From: Candidatus Caldarchaeales archaeon
GTDB lineage: Archaea; Thermoproteota; Nitrososphaeria_A; Caldarchaeales; Wolframiiraptoraceae
Direction: 5' to 3'
Length of the DNA: 64,000 nt
Assembly: GCA_039630055.1 (NCBI GenBank)
Contig: JBCNVN010000001.1
Location: forward strand, 7,588 to 71,587
Shown here: in pieces, positions 1 through 8,451 of the stretch
How positions within the stretch are numbered: the stretch's first letter is position 1
Layout of the letters: each line of letters starts with the position of its first letter
Program-made: the position numbers and the translations under genes
The notes under the pieces: model-generated
What the model saw: the letters and a program-made list of their open reading frames with translations, nothing else
What the model was told of the DNA's origin: nothing
Database searches by the model: none

Positions 1-116
1 GCGCTTGATGGTGGCCCTATAGAGAACTCTAGGACGATCGAGAACATGACCCACTTCTTAATCTATCTCAGTAAAAAATATAAGAAGTCTTCTCCATGTA
101 TAAGATTTTCAGGGAT

Positions 117-803
117 CTAGATTATCTTGAACTCGTTGAAGACTGATATCATCAGGTAGACTCCGATTATTACTAAAATGATCGAGAGCGCTAATGATAA
201 TAATTCTATGTGTATGTGTCTCAAGAACTTTTTACCTTTATGTGTTAAATATGAGATAAAACCAAGCCATGCATAATCTAACCATACATGGAATATATAC
301 ATTATTAAGACGCCTAGAAGTGATGCATAAGCTAGAAAGCTTGTGATCAATGTTAAACCGACACTCATCCACCATATGATGAAATATGGGTTAAGACTAG
401 TAAAGATGAATCCGATGAGAATAGCTTGGAAAACGCCTCTCCCGTTTAAGGAAGAATATTTTACCATTCGAGGATCATCTTGGAGCTCTATAGAATTTCT
501 ACGAGACCTAAACATTGCTAGAAGAGACCGGATCTCGATTAATCCAAAGATTATCAGAGCTGTTGAGCCTGCTAAACCGATAGAGAACTTTACTAAAGGA
601 TTATCTATAAAGGATGCTATGCCGATGGAGATCGCTATTACTAGTGGAAGCTCGAATGCTGTATGCCCAAGAGACACTAGTAAGCCAGCCTTCTTACCAT
701 GTCCGAGAGAATATCTTATGGTTGCTACGGTAAGTGGGCCGGGGGAGAGGGCGCCTGAAGATGAAACCACTACGACAAGCAGTAAGAGACTTAACAGATC
801 CAC
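117..803 (-). CDS. LysE/RhtB-family amino-acid exporter (membrane protein)
   Basis: 228-aa ORF with about six hydrophobic helices. The N-terminal GALSPGPLT motif is typical of LysE-type translocators. The antisense ORF 343..828 is a shadow. Confidence 0.7.
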   Translation of the reverse strand: MDLLSLLLLVVVVSSSGALSPGPLTVATIRYSLGHGKKAGLLVSLGHTAFELPLVIAISIGIASFIDNPLVKFSIGLAGSTALIIFGLIEIRSLLAMFRSRRNSIELQDDPRMVKYSSLNGRGVFQAILIGFIFTSLNPYFIIWWMSVGLTLITSFLAYASLLGVLIMYIFHVWLDYAWLGFISYLTHKGKKFLRHIHIELLSLALSIILVIIGVYLMISVFNEFKII

Positions 804-946
804 TAAGATCTGTTCTATTACTCTATAGAGAGATAGATTAACTTTACTCTTTTACCTATACCCCTAGACATAGTGAAGCTGACCAAAAGTTAGAAATAAT
901 AAACCCTAAAATAATGCTGACAGGCTAGACATTAACGAGGGGAAGT

Positions 947-1046
947 GGCCGCGGTGAGGTAGCGGTTAGCCTTCCGGCCTGTGGACTAGTATGAATAGAG
1001 GCTGGGGAGAGAGCCGGATGCCTGGGTTCGAATCCCAGCCGCGGCC
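947..1046 (+). tRNA. tRNA-His (GTG) with encoded G-1 and a 27-nt intron
   Basis: Manual cloverleaf: G-1 at 947; acceptor GCCGCGG/CCGCGGC; D arm AGGT-AGCGGTTA-GCCT; anticodon stem CCGGC/GCCGG; loop CTGTGGA with anticodon at 981-983; T arm CTGGG-TTCGAAT-CCCAG; discriminator C. An insert at 986-1012 lies at or next to position 37/38. Confidence 0.85.
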
Positions 1047-1222
1047 TAAGACATGATCCTAGACCCAATTTTCTATGTTTGCTGACGATTTCTATTTGAG
1101 ATAGAATACTCATGGAGATATTGGAAGCTATGTTGGAGCTTGGAGGATTGGATATATAACTATCATGGAATTACTCCGTTCTAAAAAGTAGATTAATATA
1201 ATTGTCTAGAAGGTTTAGTTGT

Positions 1223-1753
1223 ATGAAGTTTCCGTCAATGATCCTGGTCGTCTTTTTCATCATAGGATTGGTTTTGGGTTTTGTCTCAGGTTCACTAATC
1301 AATGTATACACTACAACTACTACTCTTTTCAATCCTACGACGATAATTTCCCTAGAAGAGAAGACTACTACGAGCACGGTAACCGTAACAATCACTGAGA
1401 TAACTAACAAGACTAATAGAGATAGAGACTCTTCATGCGTAGTCTTTAGAACCAGTAAAGATTTATACAAGATATCGGAAGAAGTCGTCCTAATCTTAGA
1501 GAATGATTGTAGTTATACCTTGACACTTCCTAATCCTGCTCCCTGGTCTATAATAGATGTAGAGGGTGGGATAATCTATTCTCCATTGGCGATACAGGTT
1601 ATTATAGATGTTAAACCTGGTGGAGTGTTAGTATGGGTTTGGGATCAGAAGAACGATCTAGGAGAATATGTATCAGCTGGAGTATATTATGCAAAACTGC
1701 GCACTTTAGATGCGGGTATACATGTAGTCGGGTTCGAGATTATCGAGACCTAG
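1223..1753 (+). CDS. Membrane-anchored or secreted hypothetical protein with a Thr-rich linker and beta-rich C-terminal domain
   Basis: The ATG at 1223 gives MKFPSMILVVFFIIGLVLG, an N-terminal TM or signal anchor. A T-rich linker follows (TTTTLFNPTT, TTTSTVTVT). The C-terminal domain has a W-x-W / G-x-Y pattern reminiscent of Ig-like inhibitor folds. No family is firmly recognised. Confidence 0.5.
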   Translation: MKFPSMILVVFFIIGLVLGFVSGSLINVYTTTTTLFNPTTIISLEEKTTTSTVTVTITEITNKTNRDRDSSCVVFRTSKDLYKISEEVVLILENDCSYTLTLPNPAPWSIIDVEGGIIYSPLAIQVIIDVKPGGVLVWVWDQKNDLGEYVSAGVYYAKLRTLDAGIHVVGFEIIET

Positions 1754-1897
1754 CCAGAATCTCCACCTCATGAGAAGCAATTAAATCGACTCGTGTCGAA
1801 TTGTTCATACTGAATCTTTTAATATTTATAGTCTAGATTAAGATTTTTTAACGGCTTCTCGATATTTAAAATATGTAATTGTTAGGGGTGTTGATGT

Positions 1898-3097
1898 TTG
1901 GGTAGAAAGTTATCACTGGAAGAACAACCTTGGTGTATTGATAAGACTACTGGGAAAGTCTTCATTAATAAAGGTGTCGAGAACGTCTGTATAGATAAGA
2001 GTACGATATGCTTTATAGATGGATTCCATAGCAAACTATACTATAGAGGTTACAGCATAGAAGATTTAGCCCAGAATAGTACATATGAAGAAGTAGTATA
2101 TCTTCTTCTATACGATAAGCTTCCGAATAGAAGAGAACTAGCAGATTTTAGAGGATGGATGAGAGAGGAGAGAGACATTCCGAGAGATGTGGTTGAGCTC
2201 CTCTGCAAGATTCCGAGAGATGTTGAACCGATGGAGGTCCTTAGAACCGCAGTCTCATATCTTGGAAATCTAGATCCGGGAAGACATGATACTAGTAGGG
2301 AGGCCATGGTTAGAAAGACTATTAGGCTAGTATCTAAGATACCTACTATCATCGCATACTGGCATAGAATAAGGAGTAACCAAGCAATAGTAGAACCTGA
2401 TCCTAGAATGGATCATGCAGAAAACTTTCTATACATGATGCATTGTGAGAAGCCCGACACCCTATCCATACGAGCGATGGATGTCTCAAATGTTCTATTA
2501 GCTGAGCACGAGATGAATGCTTCCGCATTCACCGCGGTCGTAATAGCATCTACACTCAGTGATTACTATAGTGCGATAGTTGGAGCGATAGGAGCTCTTA
2601 GAGGGCCACTTCATGGATATGCGAACGTGGCCGCTATGAGGCAATTTGAAGAGATAGGCAGTCCAGATAATGTTGAGAAGTGGTATAGAGAGAATATCTT
2701 GACAGGTAAGAAGAGGGTTATGGGTGCGGGCCACAGAGTATACAAGACGTATGATCCTAGAGCTAAGGTTTTCAGAGACTATGCAAAGCAGTTTGCTGAT
2801 AAGATGGGTGGTAGGGTTAAAGAATTCTATGAGATAGCTAATAAGCTTGAAGATTTTGTAATGAGAGAACTTTGTGAAACTAGGAATATATGTACTAACT
2901 GCGACTTCTGGAGTGGGATCGTATACTATGCTCTGAAGATACCCATAGATCTATATTGTACATTGTTTGTAGCGTCTAGAACGATAGGATGGTCTGCACA
3001 TATACTAGAGTATATAGCCGATAACAGGATTATCAGGCCTAGACTCTACTATGATGGTGAAGTCGATAAAGAATACATACCGATAGAGAATAGATGA
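1898..3097 (+). CDS. gltA: Citrate synthase (or 2-methylcitrate synthase)
   Basis: 399 aa with signature stretches LAEHEMNAS, GPLHGYAN and GHRVYKTYDPRA. TTG start. Confidence 0.9.
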   Translation: MGRKLSLEEQPWCIDKTTGKVFINKGVENVCIDKSTICFIDGFHSKLYYRGYSIEDLAQNSTYEEVVYLLLYDKLPNRRELADFRGWMREERDIPRDVVELLCKIPRDVEPMEVLRTAVSYLGNLDPGRHDTSREAMVRKTIRLVSKIPTIIAYWHRIRSNQAIVEPDPRMDHAENFLYMMHCEKPDTLSIRAMDVSNVLLAEHEMNASAFTAVVIASTLSDYYSAIVGAIGALRGPLHGYANVAAMRQFEEIGSPDNVEKWYRENILTGKKRVMGAGHRVYKTYDPRAKVFRDYAKQFADKMGGRVKEFYEIANKLEDFVMRELCETRNICTNCDFWSGIVYYALKIPIDLYCTLFVASRTIGWSAHILEYIADNRIIRPRLYYDGEVDKEYIPIENR

Positions 3098-3242
3098 AGA
3101 CTCAACCTTCTCTCTTCTTCTTTTTTATCTAAAAAACTATAAGCTAAAAATTATAACATAGATTTAGAATATCATCTTATTCTCTATCTCTCTTCTTCTT
3201 TAATCTTATCTTTAATGTCATATGCCTATCCCTCGTGAATAG

Positions 3243-3715
3243 TCAAGCCGAGATGACTAGTAAGAATAAAGCATAGATCCCTATAACTGTAATAGAGGAT
3301 AGACCTTCCAAGATCTCTCCTAAGATTACGTAATCTATTGCTCTGAAGAAGTGGGTGTAGGGGTTTAACATCATAAGTAGGTAGACCGGGTAGTAGGATT
3401 CTTCTAAGTTTACGAAGACTGTAATAGAGAATGATGGAGACATTGGTGGAGATGTTGCTGCACCAACCAGTTGCTGGGCACCTCTAACATCTTCAGCTAT
3501 TACACCTATGAGTATACCTATAGATATAGTTGATATCATTGCTGTAAATATTGTGGCCATCGAGATTACTACTCCTAACAGGGTTTCAAGACTGTGGCCA
3601 GTATTCTTAGAGTAGTCGTCCTACCTACAACGTTAGGTTCAACCAATCCAAAGATCTCTCCAGGTTCTACTTTGAAGCTCATCCTTTCCGATACATATCT
3701 TTCGTCAAACTTCTA
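3243..3715 (-). pseudogene. Decayed ABC-2 type transporter locus (ATPase N-terminal stub plus permease C-terminal fragment)
   Basis: The minus-strand reading 3682->3575 gives MSFKVEPGEIFGLVEPNVVGRTTTLRILATVLKPC-stop. This is an ABC ATPase N-terminus with a corrupted Walker A (GPNGAGKTT-like changed to EPNVVGRTT), and a stop lies just upstream. The 105-aa ORF 3243..3560 looks like only the last helices of an ABC-2 permease (LNPYTHFFRAI). Confidence 0.5.
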
Positions 3716-3805
3716 GAGATCGACTTTTAGATTCTTTTTGGAGAGAACTCGGGTTGGTTCTCTTCAAGCTATCGTTTTCCAAAAAGTTATATATCGGCTT
3801 CGATA

Positions 3806-4618
3806 ATGCTAGTGAAAATGATTGTTGTAGGTATTGTAGGAGCTGGACAGATAGGCTCTGCTATAGCGAAGATACTTGCTGAGTCTGGAAGGTATCATGT
3901 TATCGCTTCTAGGAGGAATATCTTGAAGATTAGTGAGCTTGAGAGGCTAGGTGTGGAGCTTACCAAAGATAATAGATTTCTAGCTTCTAGATCTGATATA
4001 GTGATACTCTCTGTTAAACCACATAAGGTGGTGGATGTATTGAGAGAGATCTCAGAAGATGTGGTTGGGAAGATCGTTATCTCGGTTGCAGCGGCTATAC
4101 CTATAAGTAGCTTGGTTGAGGCTGCTCCGGGGGCGAAGATAGTTAGAGCTATGCCTAACATCGCTATTCTAGTGAGGGGTAGTTTTACAGCATACTCTAT
4201 CGGGCCCAATCTGGATAGTGAAGATATAGCTAGGGTTAAAGAGTTGTTTAATCTAGTAGGTGAATCTATTGAAGTAGATGAAGAGCTTATGGATGCTATC
4301 ACAGCTTTAAGCGGTAGTGGGCCAGCCTATGTCTCAACCTTGATCGAGGCCATGGCATATGCTGGGCTAAAGGTAGGTCTACCGAGAGAGCTAGCATACT
4401 ATTCTGCAGCCTATACAGTTTATGGTTCAGCTAAGCTCTATCTAGATACAAAGCTCCATCCATCTATAATAAAAGAGATGGTTTTAACGCCTGCCGGGGT
4501 TACGGTTGAAGGGATATTCTATCTAGAGGAAGGTGGGATAAGGACGGCTATAATGAAGGCTGTTGAGGCAGCAACCAAGAGGGCGAGAGAGATAGCTGAG
4601 AAACTAAACAAGAGGTGA
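3806..4618 (+). CDS. proC: Pyrroline-5-carboxylate reductase
   Basis: 270 aa with an N-terminal Rossmann motif GIVGAGQIGSAI, MPNIAILV, and LSGSGPAYV, which is typical of ProC. Confidence 0.85.
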   Translation: MLVKMIVVGIVGAGQIGSAIAKILAESGRYHVIASRRNILKISELERLGVELTKDNRFLASRSDIVILSVKPHKVVDVLREISEDVVGKIVISVAAAIPISSLVEAAPGAKIVRAMPNIAILVRGSFTAYSIGPNLDSEDIARVKELFNLVGESIEVDEELMDAITALSGSGPAYVSTLIEAMAYAGLKVGLPRELAYYSAAYTVYGSAKLYLDTKLHPSIIKEMVLTPAGVTVEGIFYLEEGGIRTAIMKAVEAATKRAREIAEKLNKR

Positions 4619-4727
4619 AGGATTTAGCGGGGCATATCTATAGATTTTTTATAAGGGTTATTATGATAGATCTATGGCCTCTTCTAGTATTATGGTTTTA
4701 TAGAGGTAGGAGCAATATAGATTGTGA

Positions 4728-4842
4728 AGCCCGGTCGTCTAGCGGTCAAACAGAATGGTCAGATTATGGACTAAGGATCTCGGGCTCTGGATCTATTGGG
4801 AGGAGAACCCCGGGGACGCCGGTTCGAATCCGGCCCGGGCTA
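4728..4842 (+). tRNA. tRNA-Gln (CTG) carrying two inserts (introns)
   Basis: Manual fold: acceptor AGCCCGG/CCGGGCT with discriminator A; D arm GTCT-AGCGGTCAA...GGAT; anticodon stem TCGGG/CCCGG; loop CTCTGGA with anticodon at 4787-4789; T arm GCCGG-TTCGAAT-CCGGC. A 73-nt mature form needs removal of about 4750-4774 (D loop) and about 4792-4808 (anticodon loop). Confidence 0.75.
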
Positions 4843-4845
4843 TAA

Positions 4846-5017
4846 CAATATTATTCTTCAAGAGTCCTTTATATTATGTAATACTTTGAGCTAGGTAATA
4901 CATAATATTTATTAGTTGGTTGATCTCCTTTATATATGAATTCCCAGAATAGGGAACTTCCAAAGATTAGAATCGTGAATGCCTAGACAAAGGCTTAAAG
5001 AGGCAGAAAACAATACG
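4846..5017 (+). promoter_or_regulatory. Putative CRISPR leader
   Basis: An AT-rich non-coding stretch lies directly upstream of the first perfect repeat. It has a TATA-like TTTATATATG at about 4929-4938. The degenerate repeat lies at the opposite end of the array. Confidence 0.5.
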
Positions 5018-6224
5018 GAATCTCATAGAGAGAATTGAAAGCTCCACCTCGAGCAGAGCTCTAACCCTCGCCGCCTTCCCCTCTAGAATCTCATAGAGAG
5101 AATTGAAAGGTGAAACAAGTAGTATACTCTTGGGTAGTCCGCCTTCACCTCGTGAATCTCATAGAGAGAATTGAAAGATGCAGCAAACATTCCGGCAGGC
5201 AACTACTATCTTAGAATACTGAATCTCATAGAGAGAATTGAAAGTCTACATAAAAGCTTAGAGGCTTATTCAGAATGGTTTTAAGAATCTCATAGAGAGA
5301 ATTGAAAGTCTATGGTCGTCATCACTCATAAAAATATATGGAATACCTATGGAATCTCATAGAGAGAATTGAAAGAGGGGTAGGGGCTTGAGGGGTTGAG
5401 GTAACCCCTACAGCGAATCTCATAGAGAGAATTGAAAGATTCTCAGGTCTTCCTGCGATGTTCTCTCAGTGCTCCACCTTGAGAATCTCATAGAGAGAAT
5501 TGAAAGTACTCCCATTGGATGATCTTGTTAGGTCTAAAGAATGTTGTGAATCTCATAGAGAGAATTGAAAGCCACAGATCTTCGGGGCCATAGTAAGACT
5601 GGCTAAATATGAATCTCATAGAGAGAATTGAAAGTCTGGATGAATTCCTCAGGCTTAAAAAACATGTAGTCTTTCGAATCTCATAGAGAGAATTGAAAGG
5701 AATAATTCAATAGATAGTATGCTGACAGGTATGCTGCTATCAGAATCTCATAGAGAGAATTGAAAGATGCTAAAGCCATAGTGGTTACGCTAGCCTTACT
5801 CTTCTTCGAATCTCATAGAGAGAATTGAAAGTTGACTGGTTGTAGGAAGTTAAATATATATTTGCCTGATGAATCTCATAGAGAGAATTGAAAGTCCTCA
5901 GTAGGCTTATTCACAAAATTGTATGGAGTTCTGAATCTCATAGAGAGAATTGAAAGTCTTTAATTATTTCTCTGAGAAGTCCTAGGTCTTCATCAATGAA
6001 TCTCATAGAGAGAATTGAAAGAAAACACTAAATCTTTTCCGAAAACATTCTTCCATTTTTTTCCGGAATCTCATAGAGAGAATTGAAAGTATCCCCATTA
6101 GGATAAATAGGTGGTTCTACAACATCTATACCAGAATCTCATAGAGAGAATTGAAAGTTGCACATTTCACGAATACTGTTAATGTATGCTTTGTCGTAGG
6201 GAATCTCATAGAGAGAATTGAGGG
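5018..6224 (+). CRISPR. CRISPR array with 19 repeats of 24 nt and 18 spacers of 38-44 nt
   Basis: The repeat is GAATCTCATAGAGAGAATTGAAAG. It starts at 5018, 5086, 5154, 5221, 5285, 5352, 5415, 5483, 5548, 5611, 5676, 5743, 5808, 5871, 5933, 5998, 6066, 6134 and 6201. The last copy is degenerate (..ATTGAGGG). The 3' ATTGAAAG matches the 8-nt crRNA 5' handle of Cas6-processed archaeal type I/III repeats, which sets the + orientation. Confidence 0.97.
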
Positions 6225-6273
6225 TTTTTAGGTTAAATACTGGTTCTCAGATTATCTTCTAGGATTATACGGT

Positions 6274-6720
6274 ATGGCTAGGATGCATGCTAGGAGAAGG
6301 GGTAGGGCAGGTTCTAAGAGACCTATCAGTAGGCTTCCTCCCTCATGGCTAAAGATCACCCCTGAAGAGGTTGAGGCTCTAGTCGTTAAATATGCTAAAG
6401 AAGGTTATCCTCCCAGCTTGATAGGTATAGTATTGAGAGACCGGCATGGTGTCCCCCTAGTCAAGCAGGTTACGGGAAAGACTATCAAAGAGATCCTTGA
6501 AGAGAATAATGTTAAACCCCAGATACCTGAAGACTTGATGAACCTACTTGAGAGGGCTAGAAGGATGAGGATCCACTTAGAGAGGAACAAGTCTGATAAA
6601 TACAATAGGCATAGGCTTCAGCTTGTCGAGGCAAAGATCCATAGACTCGTTAAATATTATAAGAGGTTGGGTGAACTGTCGGAAGATTGGGAGCCCAGGC
6701 TCGTCTATGCTTATAGATAG
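6274..6720 (+). CDS. rps15: 30S ribosomal protein S15 (uS15)
   Basis: 148 aa. MARMHARRRGRAGSKRP at the N-terminus and a basic helical C-terminus are typical of archaeal S15P/S13e. Confidence 0.92.
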   Translation: MARMHARRRGRAGSKRPISRLPPSWLKITPEEVEALVVKYAKEGYPPSLIGIVLRDRHGVPLVKQVTGKTIKEILEENNVKPQIPEDLMNLLERARRMRIHLERNKSDKYNRHRLQLVEAKIHRLVKYYKRLGELSEDWEPRLVYAYR

Positions 6721-6770
6721 GTCGATCTGGTATAGTATAGGTCTAGGTCAAGTCCTGATCTTCTAGAAGG

Positions 6771-8201
6771 ATGATCCCGATGGGTTATAAAGGATTCATA
6801 GATCTGGTTAATGAGTCTGTAGATAGGATTAGAGAATATATAGATGGCGGTAGGGCTTTTAATATATTCTGCCATATAGATGCTGACGGTATCTCTTCTG
6901 GAGCTATCGTTTCCGTCATGCTCTTGAGAGCCGGTTCAAGATTCACCATTAGGTCTGTGAGAAGCATAGAAGAGATATTCGCGGCAATCCCACATATCCC
7001 AGCCGACTCGGTTATAATCTTGACAGATATCGGGAGCGGTTACCTAAATAGCTTGAAGGAGAGGTTTATAGATAGAGATCTCATAATACTGGATCATCAT
7101 CAACCCGATGGAGAAGCTTTGGAGAAATGGATACACTTAAACCCACACCTATGCGGTATAGATGGTTCAAGAGAGGTGAGTAGCTCCGGCGTATCATACC
7201 TAGCCTCCAAGACTCTTAGAGAAGAGAATATAACTCTATCTCCACTCGCTATAGTTGGAGCTCTAGGAGACCTCCAAGATAAATCTTCTGAGAAGAGAGA
7301 GTTGAGAGGACTTAACAAGATGATAGTTGAAGATGCTGTAAATGCGGGTTTAATAAGAGTCATGGACGACCTACTCTTCTATGGTAGAAGCTATAGACCT
7401 ATACATCTCGCCCTAGCTTCAACAACCAGCCCATATATTCCGACCATATCTGGAAATGAAGCCCATGCTGTAAGCTTCCTAAATTCTCTTAAGATAAAGC
7501 TTAAAGAAGATGATAGGTGGAGGGTCTTCGCCGAGCTAGATGAAGAAGAGAAGAAGACGATATATAATGGCCTGATGAAGTATCTCTCCTCAATAAATTT
7601 TCAACCGAGCATTGTAAAAGAGTTGGTGGGTAAGGTTTACGAGCTTACCAAGGAAGAAGACTGGACACCCTTGAAGGATGCTAGAGAGTTTGCATCTCTA
7701 TTAAATGCTTGTGGTAAGACTGGGAATGAATGGGTAGGTATAGCTGTGGCCATGGGGTCGAGGGGTGAGCTACTCCTACAAGCTCAAAAGATCTTAGAAG
7801 ATTATAGGAGAAAGCTATCAGAGTTGTTGGAGAACTTGGTTAAGAAAGAGGCTTGGCAAGAGCTTAGAAATATAATCGCGATCGATGTCGGATCTTCTGT
7901 CGATGATAGAATGGTTAGCTCAGCCTCATCTATACTATCATCTTCTGAACTCTTACCAGAGGATAAACCGTTGATAATGATGGCCACGAGAGAAGATAGG
8001 GTGAAGGTATCTGCAAGAGCTTCTAGAAAATTAACGGCTAGAGGGATTAATCTTGGACTGGTTATGAAGAAGGCTGCAGAGAGGGTGGGCGGGGTTGGTG
8101 GAGGCCATGACGTGGCCGCAGGTGCAGAGATACCCCTAGGAAAGAAGACCATGTTCCTGGCCGAGGTAGATTCTATTGTCGGAGAAGAGCTTAAAAGTTA
8201 A
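6771..8201 (+). CDS. recJ: RecJ/Cdc45-like DHH-family phosphoesterase (GAN-type)
   Basis: 476 aa with DHH motifs HIDADGISS, ILTDIGS and LDHHQP, and the DHHA1 motif GGGHDVAAGA. It sits downstream of rps15, as in many archaea. Confidence 0.8.
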   Translation: MIPMGYKGFIDLVNESVDRIREYIDGGRAFNIFCHIDADGISSGAIVSVMLLRAGSRFTIRSVRSIEEIFAAIPHIPADSVIILTDIGSGYLNSLKERFIDRDLIILDHHQPDGEALEKWIHLNPHLCGIDGSREVSSSGVSYLASKTLREENITLSPLAIVGALGDLQDKSSEKRELRGLNKMIVEDAVNAGLIRVMDDLLFYGRSYRPIHLALASTTSPYIPTISGNEAHAVSFLNSLKIKLKEDDRWRVFAELDEEEKKTIYNGLMKYLSSINFQPSIVKELVGKVYELTKEEDWTPLKDAREFASLLNACGKTGNEWVGIAVAMGSRGELLLQAQKILEDYRRKLSELLENLVKKEAWQELRNIIAIDVGSSVDDRMVSSASSILSSSELLPEDKPLIMMATREDRVKVSARASRKLTARGINLGLVMKKAAERVGGVGGGHDVAAGAEIPLGKKTMFLAEVDSIVGEELKS

Positions 8202-8451
8202 AGCATCCGCTACTTTAAGTCTAGAGTTTAAAGATCTAGAGGAGGCGATGATAGCATTAAGAGCTATTCAGCCAGATAATTATCCTCTCCCTAGCGGCCT
8301 CTCGATACATATGGAGGCTGAAGGATGTAAAGTATATGTTTACATTGAGTCGAGTAGGACGATAAGATCAGTTCTAGCTACTCTAGATGATGTATTGGCG
8401 ATGATGAATCTGTCTATAAGATCAGCTTCTATACTAGATAGAAAATTCTAG
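8176..8451 (+). CDS. pcc1: KEOPS subunit Pcc1-like protein
   Basis: 91 aa with a small alpha/beta pattern (ATLSLEF..AMIALRAIQPDN...VYVYIESSRTIRSVLATLDDVL) that resembles Pcc1/CTAG. The TTG start overlaps the recJ end. Confidence 0.5.
   Translation: MSEKSLKVKASATLSLEFKDLEEAMIALRAIQPDNYPLPSGLSIHMEAEGCKVYVYIESSRTIRSVLATLDDVLAMMNLSIRSASILDRKF

Noticed and set aside
343-828. 161-aa ORF antisense to the LysE-type exporter
   Set aside because: This is a shadow ORF. The membrane-protein frame on the minus strand has clear family features and this frame has none.
925-1113. 62-aa minus-strand ORF
   Set aside because: It lies entirely over the tRNA-His gene. Its GC-rich translation (RPRLGFEPRHPA) is the typical artefact of reading through a tRNA.
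4615-4845. 76-aa plus-strand ORF downstream of proC
   Set aside because: Its second half is the tRNA-Gln gene (..GTPVRIRPGL is the T arm read as protein). No coding support.
5376-5414. G-run-rich spacer 6 (AGGGGTAGGGGCTTGAGGGGTTGAGGTAACCCCTACAGC) with a 7-bp inverted repeat GTAGGGG/CCCCTAC
   Set aside because: It could be read as a G-quadruplex or hairpin element, but it is a single spacer of normal length flanked by perfect repeats. Its composition most simply reflects its protospacer source.
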